Positions 8,116-16,952 of a stretch of DNA of 64,000 nucleotides are shown here, in pieces. The stretch is from an uncultured Gammaproteobacteria bacterium (GTDB lineage Bacteria; Patescibacteriota; Patescibacteriia; S139-126). The notes beneath the pieces were generated by a model that was given only the letters and a program-made list of their open reading frames with translations, searched no databases and was not told where the DNA came from. Position 1 is the stretch's first letter, and each line of letters opens with the position of its first letter. The position numbers and the translations under genes are program-made. The stretch is taken from assembly GCA_964620905.1 (NCBI GenBank), contig CAZUKA010000001.1, positions 647,646-711,645 on the forward strand. Reading direction: 5' to 3'.

Positions 8116-10739
8116 TTGTTTAGTTTTTCTTTAGCTGCTGCTAATTTTTCTCTTTCCTTGGTGATAATCTCAAGCGGGGCTTTTTGTAGAAAATCTTTGT
8201 TAATTAATTTCTTTTCTAAAGAAACTATATATTCTTTCAACGCCTGTATTGTTTGGCTATGATCAATTTCGGTTGTTTTATTTTCCATCACCACAGTAAA
8301 CTCTGATTCTATCTGTTTATTTTTTGTCTCAAGCAAATCAGCTTTTGACCATTCAATTTTCACACGGGCTAATTTTTGAATCAGCTCTTGCTGCCCTTGA
8401 AAGAACGACAAGTATTTTTCTGAATAAATCTTAACTGGTATAAATTCAGCAACCGGCAATAGGTATTCGTTTTTTGTAGATCTTAGATTGATAATCAATT
8501 TTTGTAAAACTGTAAATAATTTTATTTCTTTAGTTGTTTCGACTTTATCTGCTGGTGGCCAAGTTTGGACCATCAGCAATAATTTATCTTGCTTTGATAG
8601 ATTATAAACCTCTGTCCAAATCGCTTCGCTGACAAAAGGTACAAAGGGGTGAATCAAAATCAAAAGCTTTTGTAAAATAAAATTCAATATTTCTGATTTA
8701 TTATTTTCAATCTTGGCAATCTCCAAATACCAGTCCGCCAATTTCCCCCAAACAAAATCATACAACAATTCTACAGCTGCAGAAAATTTATAATTATCGA
8801 GCTCAGTTGTTACTTGTTTAACCAATTGATTAAACTCAGACAAAATCCAATCATCAGCCAAAGTTTTCCCCTGCGGTCTTAGGTCGGTCAATTGTGGGTT
8901 AGGCAAATTCATCAATATAAAACGGGAGATGTTCCAAAGTTTATTGACAAAATTTCTGTACCCAGCAATTTTTTCTTCATACAAACTAAGATCATTACCA
9001 GGAGTCACACCAATTACCATAGATAGACGCAAGGCATCAGCCCCAAATTTATCAATCATAGCCAAAGGGTCTATACCATTACCTAAAGATTTACTCATTT
9101 TTTTACCATGACGGTCGCGTACCAGCCCGTGCAAATAAACTTTTTTAAAGGGAATCTCACCGGTAGCATAAGTGGTCATAATAATCATTCGAGCCACCCA
9201 GAAAAACAAAATATCATAGCCGGTTTCCAAAACTTGGGTAGGATGAAAACGTTTAAAGTCTTTGGCCTTAGGCCAACCTAAAGTCGAAAATGTCCACAAG
9301 GCAGAAGAAAACCAAGTGTCCAATGTATCTTCATCTTGTACCCAGCCCTTTCCTGTTGGCGGTTTGCTGCCAACATAAATTTCTACTTCTTCATCTGCTT
9401 GTTTCTTATTTTTTGCCTTTGACTGTTGCTGTTTATACCAAACCGGAATCCGATGTCCCCACCAGATCTGCCGGGAGATGCACCAGTCCCGCAAATTTTC
9501 CATCCAATGAAAATAAACTTTATGGAAACGTTCAGGAATAATTTCAATTTTTTTATCAACTTGTCCATCAAGTCCAGCTCGCACCGCATCTAAAGACAAT
9601 TCTTTTAAGGATTTTTTCAGTCGAGGGATTTCTTTATTAACATCAATAAACCACTGCCGAGAAGGCAAAGGTTCGATGGGTGTTTCACAACGATAACAAA
9701 CTGACAAATTGTGAACATAATCTTCGTCAATATGATCAACCAAACCTTGTGCTGCCATTTTGGCTACAATTTTTTTTCGAGCTTGATAAGCATTGCGCCC
9801 GGCAAATTCTCCCGCTTCTTCAGTCAAGTTTCCCTGTTCATCAATTATTTTTACTACTGATAAGTCATATTTTTGAGCTAGTTCAAAATCCACAAAACTA
9901 TGTGCTGGAGTGATGGTCATGGCTCCGGTACCAAGTTGGGGATCAGCAATTTCATCAGCAATAACTTGAGCCTCAATTTCTCCTTCTATCCATGGCACCA
10001 TGAATTTTTTGCCTACCAAATCTCGATAACGAACATCATCAGGGTGAACAATAATTACTTTGTCAGCAAATTTGGTTTCTGGTCTGGCAGTACCAATTAC
10101 CACTGGACCGTATTTAAAATAATAAAAAGGACTTTTTTGCTCTTTGTACTCCACTTCATCATCAGCCAAAGTGGAATGACAACGGGGACACCAATTGACA
10201 ATCCTGTTTCCCCGATAAATCAAACCGTCGTTATACATCTGTTCGAATACTTGATAAACAGTCTGAGAAATATCAGGATCCAGAGTATATTTTTCTCTCG
10301 ACCAATCAAGCGATGATCCCATTTTTCTTATCTGATTGCGAATAGTATTCTTTGATGCTGTAACATATTCTCTTACTGTTTGTAAAAATTTTTCTTGTCC
10401 TAAATCTTCTTTATTTTTTCCTTGACTGGCTAATATTTTTTCTACCTTAGTCTGGGTGGCAATAGCCGCGTGATCTGTGCCAGGCAACCATAAAGCCTGC
10501 TCACCACGCAAACGATGATAACGAATCAATAAATCCTCATAAGCCAACATGGCCGCGTGTCCCAAATGCAACTCACCAGTCACATTGGGTGGTGGTAATA
10601 CAATTGTAAAAGTAGGTGCTGTCTGGGAAGTTAGGCCACTTGCAATACAAACATCAGGGTTGAAAAATCCACTCTTTTCCCAGCGCTGATAGATTTCATC
10701 TTCATAATTTTTAGCTTCATAAGCTTTGGGTATATCCAT
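8106..10739 (-). CDS. valS: Valine--tRNA ligase
   Basis: PPPNVTGELHLGH, DWCISRQIWWGHRIP, DTWFSSALW, KMSKSLGN; likely start MDIPKAY at 10739 rather than 10781. Confidence 0.97.
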   Translation of the reverse strand: MDIPKAYEAKNYEDEIYQRWEKSGFFNPDVCIASGLTSQTAPTFTIVLPPPNVTGELHLGHAAMLAYEDLLIRYHRLRGEQALWLPGTDHAAIATQTKVEKILASQGKNKEDLGQEKFLQTVREYVTASKNTIRNQIRKMGSSLDWSREKYTLDPDISQTVYQVFEQMYNDGLIYRGNRIVNWCPRCHSTLADDEVEYKEQKSPFYYFKYGPVVIGTARPETKFADKVIIVHPDDVRYRDLVGKKFMVPWIEGEIEAQVIADEIADPQLGTGAMTITPAHSFVDFELAQKYDLSVVKIIDEQGNLTEEAGEFAGRNAYQARKKIVAKMAAQGLVDHIDEDYVHNLSVCYRCETPIEPLPSRQWFIDVNKEIPRLKKSLKELSLDAVRAGLDGQVDKKIEIIPERFHKVYFHWMENLRDWCISRQIWWGHRIPVWYKQQQSKAKNKKQADEEVEIYVGSKPPTGKGWVQDEDTLDTWFSSALWTFSTLGWPKAKDFKRFHPTQVLETGYDILFFWVARMIIMTTYATGEIPFKKVYLHGLVRDRHGKKMSKSLGNGIDPLAMIDKFGADALRLSMVIGVTPGNDLSLYEEKIAGYRNFVNKLWNISRFILMNLPNPQLTDLRPQGKTLADDWILSEFNQLVKQVTTELDNYKFSAAVELLYDFVWGKLADWYLEIAKIENNKSEILNFILQKLLILIHPFVPFVSEAIWTEVYNLSKQDKLLLMVQTWPPADKVETTKEIKLFTVLQKLIINLRSTKNEYLLPVAEFIPVKIYSEKYLSFFQGQQELIQKLARVKIEWSKADLLETKNKQIESEFTVVMENKTTEIDHSQTIQALKEYIVSLEKKLINKDFLQKAPLEIITKEREKLAAAKEKLNKLK

Positions 10740-10771
10740 AATTACAGTATAAATGATTTGCAAAAATATCC

Positions 10772-10957
10772 AAAAAAACAAAACACCTTATTTGGTGTTT
10801 CAAGAACCCATAAAAATGGGTGGTACCATCTTGATTTCCTGAAAAATCAGGACACTTAATTTACTAGCTATCACGGGCTGATCCCGGGCAGATCTACTTA
10901 CCAAAAAGGTTTTCTGCTGCCAACTTGATTGAGTGACATTAACTCCCAATCATTGTT
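10772..10957 (-). promoter_or_regulatory. T-box riboswitch upstream of valS (Val specifier GUC, very short Stem I)
   Basis: Minus strand: antiterminator CAAGA-TGGTACC-ACCCAT...ATGGGT-TCTTG; Stem II AGTA and CCCGTGA elements; terminator AAACACC/GGTGTTT plus T tract; GTC-A in the loop of TGATTGGG/CTCAATCA. Confidence 0.8.
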
Positions 10958-10995
10958 TTTTCTTTATCAATATTAATAAATTAATAAATATCTAG

Positions 10996-11418
10996 CTAAA
11001 AGTCAATTGTTCTGACTGTTTCCTTATCCCCATAATCAAAATTAACTAATAAAGCATCGGCCGGCCAACTACCTAAAATTCTTTCCGGCCATTCTACTAC
11101 TACTAAACTTTTTTCATCAGCCAGATAGTCAGCAAGTCCCAACTCATCTGTATCTTGATTGAATTCAATACGGTAGAGATCAACGTGTATCAATCTCTCA
11201 AAGGACTGACCGGTCAATAAATATTCTTTCAATAAAACATAAGTCGGACTATTGACACTAGCCTGAACACCCAATTCCTCAGCTATCGCCTGCACGGTGA
11301 TGGTTTTACCTGTGCCCAGCTGCCCACTTAATAAAATAATGTGTCGCCTGCCCAATTGACGTAAAATTTCTCTGGCAATACGCCTGGTGTCTTGTACAGA
11401 ATAACTAGTGCGCATCAT
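10996..11418 (-). CDS. tsaE: tRNA threonylcarbamoyladenosine biosynthesis ATPase
   Basis: LSGQLGTGKT, VNSPTY, HVDLYR, VVEWPE. Confidence 0.95.
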   Translation of the reverse strand: MMRTSYSVQDTRRIAREILRQLGRRHIILLSGQLGTGKTITVQAIAEELGVQASVNSPTYVLLKEYLLTGQSFERLIHVDLYRIEFNQDTDELGLADYLADEKSLVVVEWPERILGSWPADALLVNFDYGDKETVRTIDF

Positions 11419-12455
11419 ATGTTTAGATTTGGTTTAATAGCAAATTGCAAAAATTTTTTGGCCAAATTTTTTTTACCTAAATAATAATCCATCAGTCCTG
11501 CCAAAGCTATCATGGTGGCATTATCACCAGTATATGACATAAGAGGTAATCGTAACAGCAAGGAATTTTCTTTAGCGGCGGCAGTCATAACCTGACGTAA
11601 ATTCTGGTTGGCACTCACTCCACCAACCACCGTAACCATTTGGACTTGATTTATCAAAGCAGCCCGAATAGTCTTATCCACCAGTACTTCAACTACTGCT
11701 GCTTGAAAGCTGGCCGACAAATCATTAATTTGTTGGTCAGATAATTCAGCTAATTTTCTGATTTTATAAAGTACGGCGGTTTTCAAACCGGAAAAAGAAA
11801 AATTAAAATTCTTATCTTTGCTCATTGGTCTAGGAAATAAAAATGCTTTGGAATTACCCAAGCTTGCCCGCTTACTTAAAATTGGACCACCAGGATACCC
11901 TAAATTCATAATTTTTGCCACTTTATCAAATGCCTCACCAGCGGCATCATCATAGGTTTTGCCGATAACTTGATAACTATTACTACTTTTCACTAAAACC
12001 AATTCAGTGTGTCCCCCAGAAACAATTAGACTAATAAAGGGGAAAGAAGGGTTGATCAAATTTGACTCACCAACTGGTGGTAACAGAAACGACCACAAAT
12101 GACCAAGTAAATGGTTTACTTCATATAAAGGCTTTTTATGTAACCATGCCAAAGTTTTGGCAGTTTCCCAACCAACCATCAGCGCACCTGCCAGTCCCGG
12201 CCCGCGAGTGGCCGCTACTGCAGTGATATCTTCTATTTTTATTTTGGCTTGTCTGAGAGCTAAATTTATTACCGGTAATATATTTTTTATGTGTTGTCGA
12301 GCTGCAACTTCTGGCACCACACCGCCAAACTTACTGTGCAAATTAATTTGTGAATTTACCACTTGTGTCAAAACAAAAATTCGGTTTTTTTCATAACCAA
12401 GTACTGCAGCTGAAGTCTCATCACAAGAGGTTTCAATTCCTAATATATAAATCAT
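11415..12455 (-). CDS. tsaD: tRNA N6-adenosine threonylcarbamoyltransferase
   Basis: ILGIETSCDET, GGVVPEVAARQH, VSGGHT, DDAAGEAFDK, FSFSGLKT. Confidence 0.97.
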   Translation of the reverse strand: MIYILGIETSCDETSAAVLGYEKNRIFVLTQVVNSQINLHSKFGGVVPEVAARQHIKNILPVINLALRQAKIKIEDITAVAATRGPGLAGALMVGWETAKTLAWLHKKPLYEVNHLLGHLWSFLLPPVGESNLINPSFPFISLIVSGGHTELVLVKSSNSYQVIGKTYDDAAGEAFDKVAKIMNLGYPGGPILSKRASLGNSKAFLFPRPMSKDKNFNFSFSGLKTAVLYKIRKLAELSDQQINDLSASFQAAVVEVLVDKTIRAALINQVQMVTVVGGVSANQNLRQVMTAAAKENSLLLRLPLMSYTGDNATMIALAGLMDYYLGKKNLAKKFLQFAIKPNLNI

Positions 12456-12483
12456 ATAATAAAATTAGCACAACCTCTAAATC

Positions 12484-12512
12484 TTGACAAAATCAAAAAA
12501 ATATGCTAAACT
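12484..12512 (+). promoter_or_regulatory. Sigma70-type promoter
   Basis: TTGACA-17 bp-TAAACT with an extended -10 TG. Confidence 0.7.
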
Positions 12513-12534
12513 TGATTGTTTGAGAATAAAATTT

Positions 12535-14052
12535 ATGAAATTACTAAAAACAACAATTATAACACCTTTGATTTTCCTTATCTTAGCTACCGCCTATATC
12601 CAACCGATCCAAGCGGCAAATTTGGAATTTCTTAAAATTGAAATTGCAAACTTAGAAAACGATAAACTAACTATTCGGTGGGTTACCAATCAACCAGCCC
12701 AAGGTTGGTTGCAGGTTGGACAGGAACCGGGAAAATATTTATGGACCATTGCGGGTAATGAATTCAATACCAGTCATGAGGCAACGATTGTTTTGCCGAA
12801 AGAAAATATCACTTATCACTATCGCGTCATTGCTGAAAACAACGAACAGCAAAGAATAACCTCACTGGCCCAAAGCTATAAAGTGAAAAAATTTACCGAC
12901 AATAAACCCCCACAATTTTTATCAATACCAAAAATTCTTTATGTTGACAATCACAATGCTTTTTTGATTTGGCAAACCAATGAACGAACAACGGCCAAAG
13001 TTAAATTTAGTCAACAACCAGATTTATCACAAAGTCGATCAGCCACAGCTAATGCCGATAAAAATAAAAATTACCAAGCCAGAGTTCGTCTGACAAAATT
13101 ACAAGCCAATACTACCTATTATTATGAAGTAATTATTAGTGATGAAAATAAAAATTCTGCTAAAACTGCTGTCCTCAATTTTACCACTCGCTCGCAGGCT
13201 GATCTTGAACCATTGCGACTATTAAACCAAAAACCGCTTGCCAATGAAGATGCAAATATCACTAATTCCAGCATCAAAGCAACTTGGCAAACTAGCAGAC
13301 CAGCCAGCTGCAATTTTCTATACGGTGAGAAAAATAAATCCAAGAAAAAATTAACTGTCAACGAATTTGAAAGCTGGGATCATGAATTTTTGGTAGAAAA
13401 CTTGCGTCCCAATACTGAATATCAATACCAAATAATTTGTTCTGATATATTTGGAAAAAAATTAGATACCGGGAGTATAAATTTCCGTACCAGAGTGCCT
13501 GTGGTTTTAGGTTATGAATATCAAGTTGGTGGCCAACAAAATTTTTATGGTCAAAAATATCAACTGGTCAAAACCCCAACTAGTCCAAATATTTATATTT
13601 TAGTGAACAAACAAAAATATTTAGTAAAATCACCATCTATTTTCACTGCTTATGGTTTTCGCTGGTCAGAAGTAAAAATGATTAGTAAAAAAGAATTGGA
13701 TAAATATACCACCGCCACTTTGGTCAAAACTCCGGAAAGCCCAGCAGTATATTTTCTTTATCAAGGATTGAAAAGAAAAAAAGTTTTACTAACAGAAACG
13801 GCTTTCCGCTCCTACCGCCATAACTCTTTTAGCAAGGTTATTACTGTTAGCCCGCAAGACTTGCAACAATATCCTGATATTGTCTTAGTAAAGGAACCAA
13901 ACAAATCAACCGTTTATCTCTTGCAAGGTGCTAGTAAAAGACCAATCAAAAATATGGAAGCATTATACAAAAACAATCTAGCCTATCAGCCAATCGGCCT
14001 GGTCTCAACAAAAGATTTAAGCTCATATCAAACCGGTGATTTGTTGGAATAA
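12535..14052 (+). CDS. Secreted protein with three FN3-like domains and three C-terminal ~50-aa repeats
   Basis: Signal peptide from MKLLK; I.W.T...H...L..L...T.Y.Y pattern three times; LVK.P..P.VY repeats; the ORF-track TTG start lies in the -35 box. Confidence 0.8.
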   Translation: MKLLKTTIITPLIFLILATAYIQPIQAANLEFLKIEIANLENDKLTIRWVTNQPAQGWLQVGQEPGKYLWTIAGNEFNTSHEATIVLPKENITYHYRVIAENNEQQRITSLAQSYKVKKFTDNKPPQFLSIPKILYVDNHNAFLIWQTNERTTAKVKFSQQPDLSQSRSATANADKNKNYQARVRLTKLQANTTYYYEVIISDENKNSAKTAVLNFTTRSQADLEPLRLLNQKPLANEDANITNSSIKATWQTSRPASCNFLYGEKNKSKKKLTVNEFESWDHEFLVENLRPNTEYQYQIICSDIFGKKLDTGSINFRTRVPVVLGYEYQVGGQQNFYGQKYQLVKTPTSPNIYILVNKQKYLVKSPSIFTAYGFRWSEVKMISKKELDKYTTATLVKTPESPAVYFLYQGLKRKKVLLTETAFRSYRHNSFSKVITVSPQDLQQYPDIVLVKEPNKSTVYLLQGASKRPIKNMEALYKNNLAYQPIGLVSTKDLSSYQTGDLLE

Positions 14053-14071
14053 TATTTTATTTGCTACTAAT

Positions 14072-14100
14072 AATCCCGCCAAATTTTGGCGGGATTTTTT
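14072..14100. terminator. Terminator hairpin between convergent genes
   Basis: AATCCCGCCAAA-T-TTTGGCGGGATT plus T tract. Confidence 0.75.
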
Positions 14101-14291
14101 TAACAAGCGTGAGAGTTTGTATCTCTTACTCTCTCTAAAATTTTTTCAATCGCTTCTTTATTTTTATCCACCAATGTCTGGTGGTATTTTTGAGCACTGA
14201 TTCCTTGCCTAAACTCAGGTTTGGGCAGACGGGAAATAGAAGTGATTGGTTGATCGCTTGGATTGGTTTGGGTTTTTTCTTTTTCGGGCAT
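14100..14291 (-). CDS. 63-aa hypothetical protein directly downstream of a T-box
   Basis: AAGGAG SD upstream of ATG; lies between the T-box terminator and the 14072-14100 hairpin. Confidence 0.7.
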   Translation of the reverse strand: MPEKEKTQTNPSDQPITSISRLPKPEFRQGISAQKYHQTLVDKNKEAIEKILERVRDTNSHAC

Positions 14292-14329
14292 AACTTACTC
14301 CTTTGATTTTTGATTGTTAAATGAACAAA

Positions 14330-14625
14330 ATAAAAAGCGCTCTTTGTCCTCAAATTCAAGATTTGACTTAAGGACGAAGAGCGCTTTTCCAAACGCTAAC
14401 CGCGGTACCACCTTAATTTTTCTGAAAAAATTTTCAGAACGCTTTCACATACTCAAAAAGAAATATGTTAGTCCTGTGACGGGAACACCCGTGATAACCT
14501 AATAAATTTTCAGTTATCCAGCTCCAGAGGGAACTTCCCAATTGTTTTATTTCAGGCCTATTCTCAATCACGCTAGGCCCTCCCTGTGAAATAATCACAA
14601 CGGTACTTTCCTCTTTCCATGCTTT
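14330..14625 (-). promoter_or_regulatory. Full-length transcriptional T-box riboswitch (specifier ambiguous: GUU Val or UUC Phe)
   Basis: Minus strand: AGAGG-AAAGTA, AG bulge CAGGGAG, distal loop GATTGAGAA, GAAGTTC-CCTCT; TTCCCGTCA; AATTAAGGTGGTACCGCG; terminator AAAAGCGCTCTTCGTCCTT...GAGGACAAAGAGCGCTTTTT overlapping the antiterminator 3' strand. Confidence 0.92.
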
Positions 14626-14656
14626 TGGCAAATTAGAATGTACTTTACTTAAATAC

Positions 14657-14685
14657 TTTATACACTGACTTTAAAAATGTGTCAA
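14657..14685 (-). promoter_or_regulatory. Sigma70-type promoter for the T-box leader
   Basis: TTGACA-17 bp-TATAAA on the minus strand. Confidence 0.7.
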
Positions 14686-14714
14686 TATTTACTAGTTCAA
14701 TTCCCTCTAGCGAC

Positions 14715-14752
14715 CCCAAGCTAAGCTTGGGCATTGTCACGCTAAGCGTGAC
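14715..14752. repeat. Twin GC-TAA-GC mini-hairpins (REP-like), copy A
   Basis: CCCAAGC-TAA-GCTTGGG and GTCACGC-TAA-GCGTGAC. Confidence 0.75.
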
Positions 14753-14827
14753 CCCATTTTTACATATTTTGACATAGAAAAAACCACTCCGAGATGGGGC
14801 GGTTACATTATTAACAAATTAAAACAA

Positions 14828-15232
14828 TCAATAATTAAATAGGTATACTAAAAAATAAATAATCAATACAATTATCGCTATATATAAAAACCTAAAAAAA
14901 GTAGATAGAATTAATCGTCTATGGCCCGTTGCTATAAACCTTTCAATCCTTTTTATAATATAAAGTGTTTTGTCTCTATAATAATCTGCTATAACAACTA
15001 GTATCACTAAAATTAAAGAGGGTAATAATATAAATGGCTTACTAATTATCAAATCATAATCCACCTCTCCGTGCCACACATTAGAAGCAACATAAACAAC
15101 AGCTAATATAATGGCCAATAAAATATTTGTGAGATAATAAAGAAAGCGTCCTATTTTGTCGCTCTTATACCATAAAAAAATTGCTATTAATACTCCGAAT
15201 AATGAAATAGCTATTTTTATATACTCACTCAT
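14828..15232 (-). CDS. Hypothetical 4-TM membrane protein
   Basis: 134-aa hydrophobic ORF with a terminator-like hairpin at 14781-14804. Confidence 0.7.
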   Translation of the reverse strand: MSEYIKIAISLFGVLIAIFLWYKSDKIGRFLYYLTNILLAIILAVVYVASNVWHGEVDYDLIISKPFILLPSLILVILVVIADYYRDKTLYIIKRIERFIATGHRRLILSTFFRFLYIAIIVLIIYFLVYLFNY

Positions 15233-15392
15233 ACACCAATTTTAACATAAAAAACGTATTTATGGCTCTTGCCCACTACAATCATAGTTATAATGTCTTC
15301 CACAAATTGCCACCCCATCTTACATAATTTGACAGTAGATTTAGATAAACAAACATCTTTATATAAAGGGGTTTTTTTGATATTATAATATT

Positions 15393-15806
15393 ATGAAAAG
15401 ACATCCTAAATACTTTTATAGTCTACTGACAGTTTTTATAATCCCAACTTTTATTTTTGGTTTCTTAGTTAGAGAAGAATTTACATTTTTAAAACTTTTT
15501 GTTTTTGCTTCCATTGTTATGATAGTAGGAGCTATCTGGGACACTTGGGCAACTCGTCACGGTTGGCGTGATAGTTTCTGGCTTTGGACTTTCAATAAAA
15601 AATATTTATTGGGACCTAGATATTTTGGTATACCCATAGAAGAATATGGGTTTTTCTTTTTTGGAGCAACTTTTACTGTTACTTTATGGGAATTGATATC
15701 TAAATGCCAATTAATACCAAGTAAACAAAACTTATTAGTATTAATAGTTATTTTTTTGTGGCTATTTGCCGCAGTTACTTTGCCTAAATTAAAAGATCCT
15801 GATTAA
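15393..15806 (+). CDS. Lycopene-cyclase-domain (CrtYc/Yd, CarR-type) membrane protein
   Basis: WDTWATRHGW, WTFN....LG, GIPIEEYGFF motif typical of the family. Confidence 0.75.
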   Translation: MKRHPKYFYSLLTVFIIPTFIFGFLVREEFTFLKLFVFASIVMIVGAIWDTWATRHGWRDSFWLWTFNKKYLLGPRYFGIPIEEYGFFFFGATFTVTLWELISKCQLIPSKQNLLVLIVIFLWLFAAVTLPKLKDPD

Positions 15807-15875
15807 ATATTAATTTAATTTATTTAAAAAAACTGCTCCGAGAGGGAGCGGTTTTATTTAGTAATAATTATTATA

Positions 15876-16013
15876 TTACCTTTTGATGCTAAGAAACATC
15901 ATAGCTACAATTACGAACAAACAACAAAGTACTACTTTACCAGCGATAGCTAAGATTAGAGCGCCTATTGAAAATAAAGTGGCATAAATACGATTTCTTT
16001 TATAAATGGTCAC
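15876..16013 (-). CDS. 45-aa hydrophobic microprotein
   Basis: AGGAG SD then GTG start (MTIYKRNRIYATLFSIGALILAIAGKVVLCCLFVIVAMMFLSIKR); hairpin at 15828-15855 downstream. Confidence 0.55.
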   Translation of the reverse strand: MTIYKRNRIYATLFSIGALILAIAGKVVLCCLFVIVAMMFLSIKR

Positions 16014-16193
16014 GACATTACTCCTTGAATAATTTGAAAATAACTTTAATTGATTATAATAATACTTTTTGTTTAAAAAGTCAATGCTAGCTTGCCATAT
16101 TCCACGAAAAGTCATCCCACTATCTGATAATTTTATCGCGAAGTATCTTCTTGATAAGATGAAGTTTTTTTATTGCGATGTTATAATTGAAAT

Positions 16194-16859
16194 ATGCCAA
16201 AACATGAAAATATTCCTCCAATTAGAAAATCAGAAATTCCTGAACTTTTAGAAAGAGGTTTATTTATATTAAATCGTTTGGGATTGAATATTGATGATCT
16301 AAAAGATAAAAAAATATTGGATATTGGTTCAGGTGAAGCTGCTGTAGAAAATTATTTAAAAAGGGCAGGTATTAATAGTATTATTTCAATAGATAAAAAA
16401 CTACCATGGATGTCACTTGATAAAAATATTAATCAAGTAAACGCTCTGGCAGAAAAGTTGCCACTTAAAGATAGTAGTATCGATCTAATTATTGCCCACG
16501 GTGGTCCGCCAACAACGAGTAATTATAAAAAATATTTTGAAAACTATAAAATACAAGATTATGAAGAAGAAAGAGTGGAATCGTATTTAAATGAATTTAG
16601 ACGAGTATTAACTGAAAATGGTGAGGCGAGAATTGCCCCACCCCGTTTATGGTTTATCTATATGAAAAATTTGCACGACCTATATTCTGATAAAAATGAC
16701 TTAACTCCTTCTGAAAAATTTAGTCTTGATTACCTAACAGAAAAACAATCATTGAATTATTTACAAAAAAAATACAATATTTCTCTGCACCAAAATGAAA
16801 TAAATGATAAAGACGATAGATTCAATAAATACTGGGTAATGAAAAAAAGTTATCAATAA
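16194..16859 (+). CDS. Class I SAM-dependent methyltransferase
   Basis: ILDIGSG, AEKLPLKDSSIDLII, EFRRVL. Confidence 0.85.
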   Translation: MPKHENIPPIRKSEIPELLERGLFILNRLGLNIDDLKDKKILDIGSGEAAVENYLKRAGINSIISIDKKLPWMSLDKNINQVNALAEKLPLKDSSIDLIIAHGGPPTTSNYKKYFENYKIQDYEEERVESYLNEFRRVLTENGEARIAPPRLWFIYMKNLHDLYSDKNDLTPSEKFSLDYLTEKQSLNYLQKKYNISLHQNEINDKDDRFNKYWVMKKSYQ

Positions 16860-16878
16860 ATACCTATTTTTATTTCAT

Positions 16879-16913
16879 GCTAAGCTTGGATTGGGGTCAC
16901 GCTAAGCGTGATT
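16879..16913. repeat. GC-TAA-GC mini-hairpin repeat, copy B
   Basis: Shares GCTAAGCTTGG and the 16-mer GTCACGCTAAGCGTGA with copy A. Confidence 0.75.
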
Positions 16914-16952
16914 GCAACCTTTGATTATTTTAAATAAGAAAAAACCGATCTA

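Noticed and set aside
14135-14631. ORFs 14135-14392, 14314-14502 and 14434-14631
   Set aside because: They overlap the T-box RNA structure and lack SD sequences; 14100-14291 is the frame with an SD
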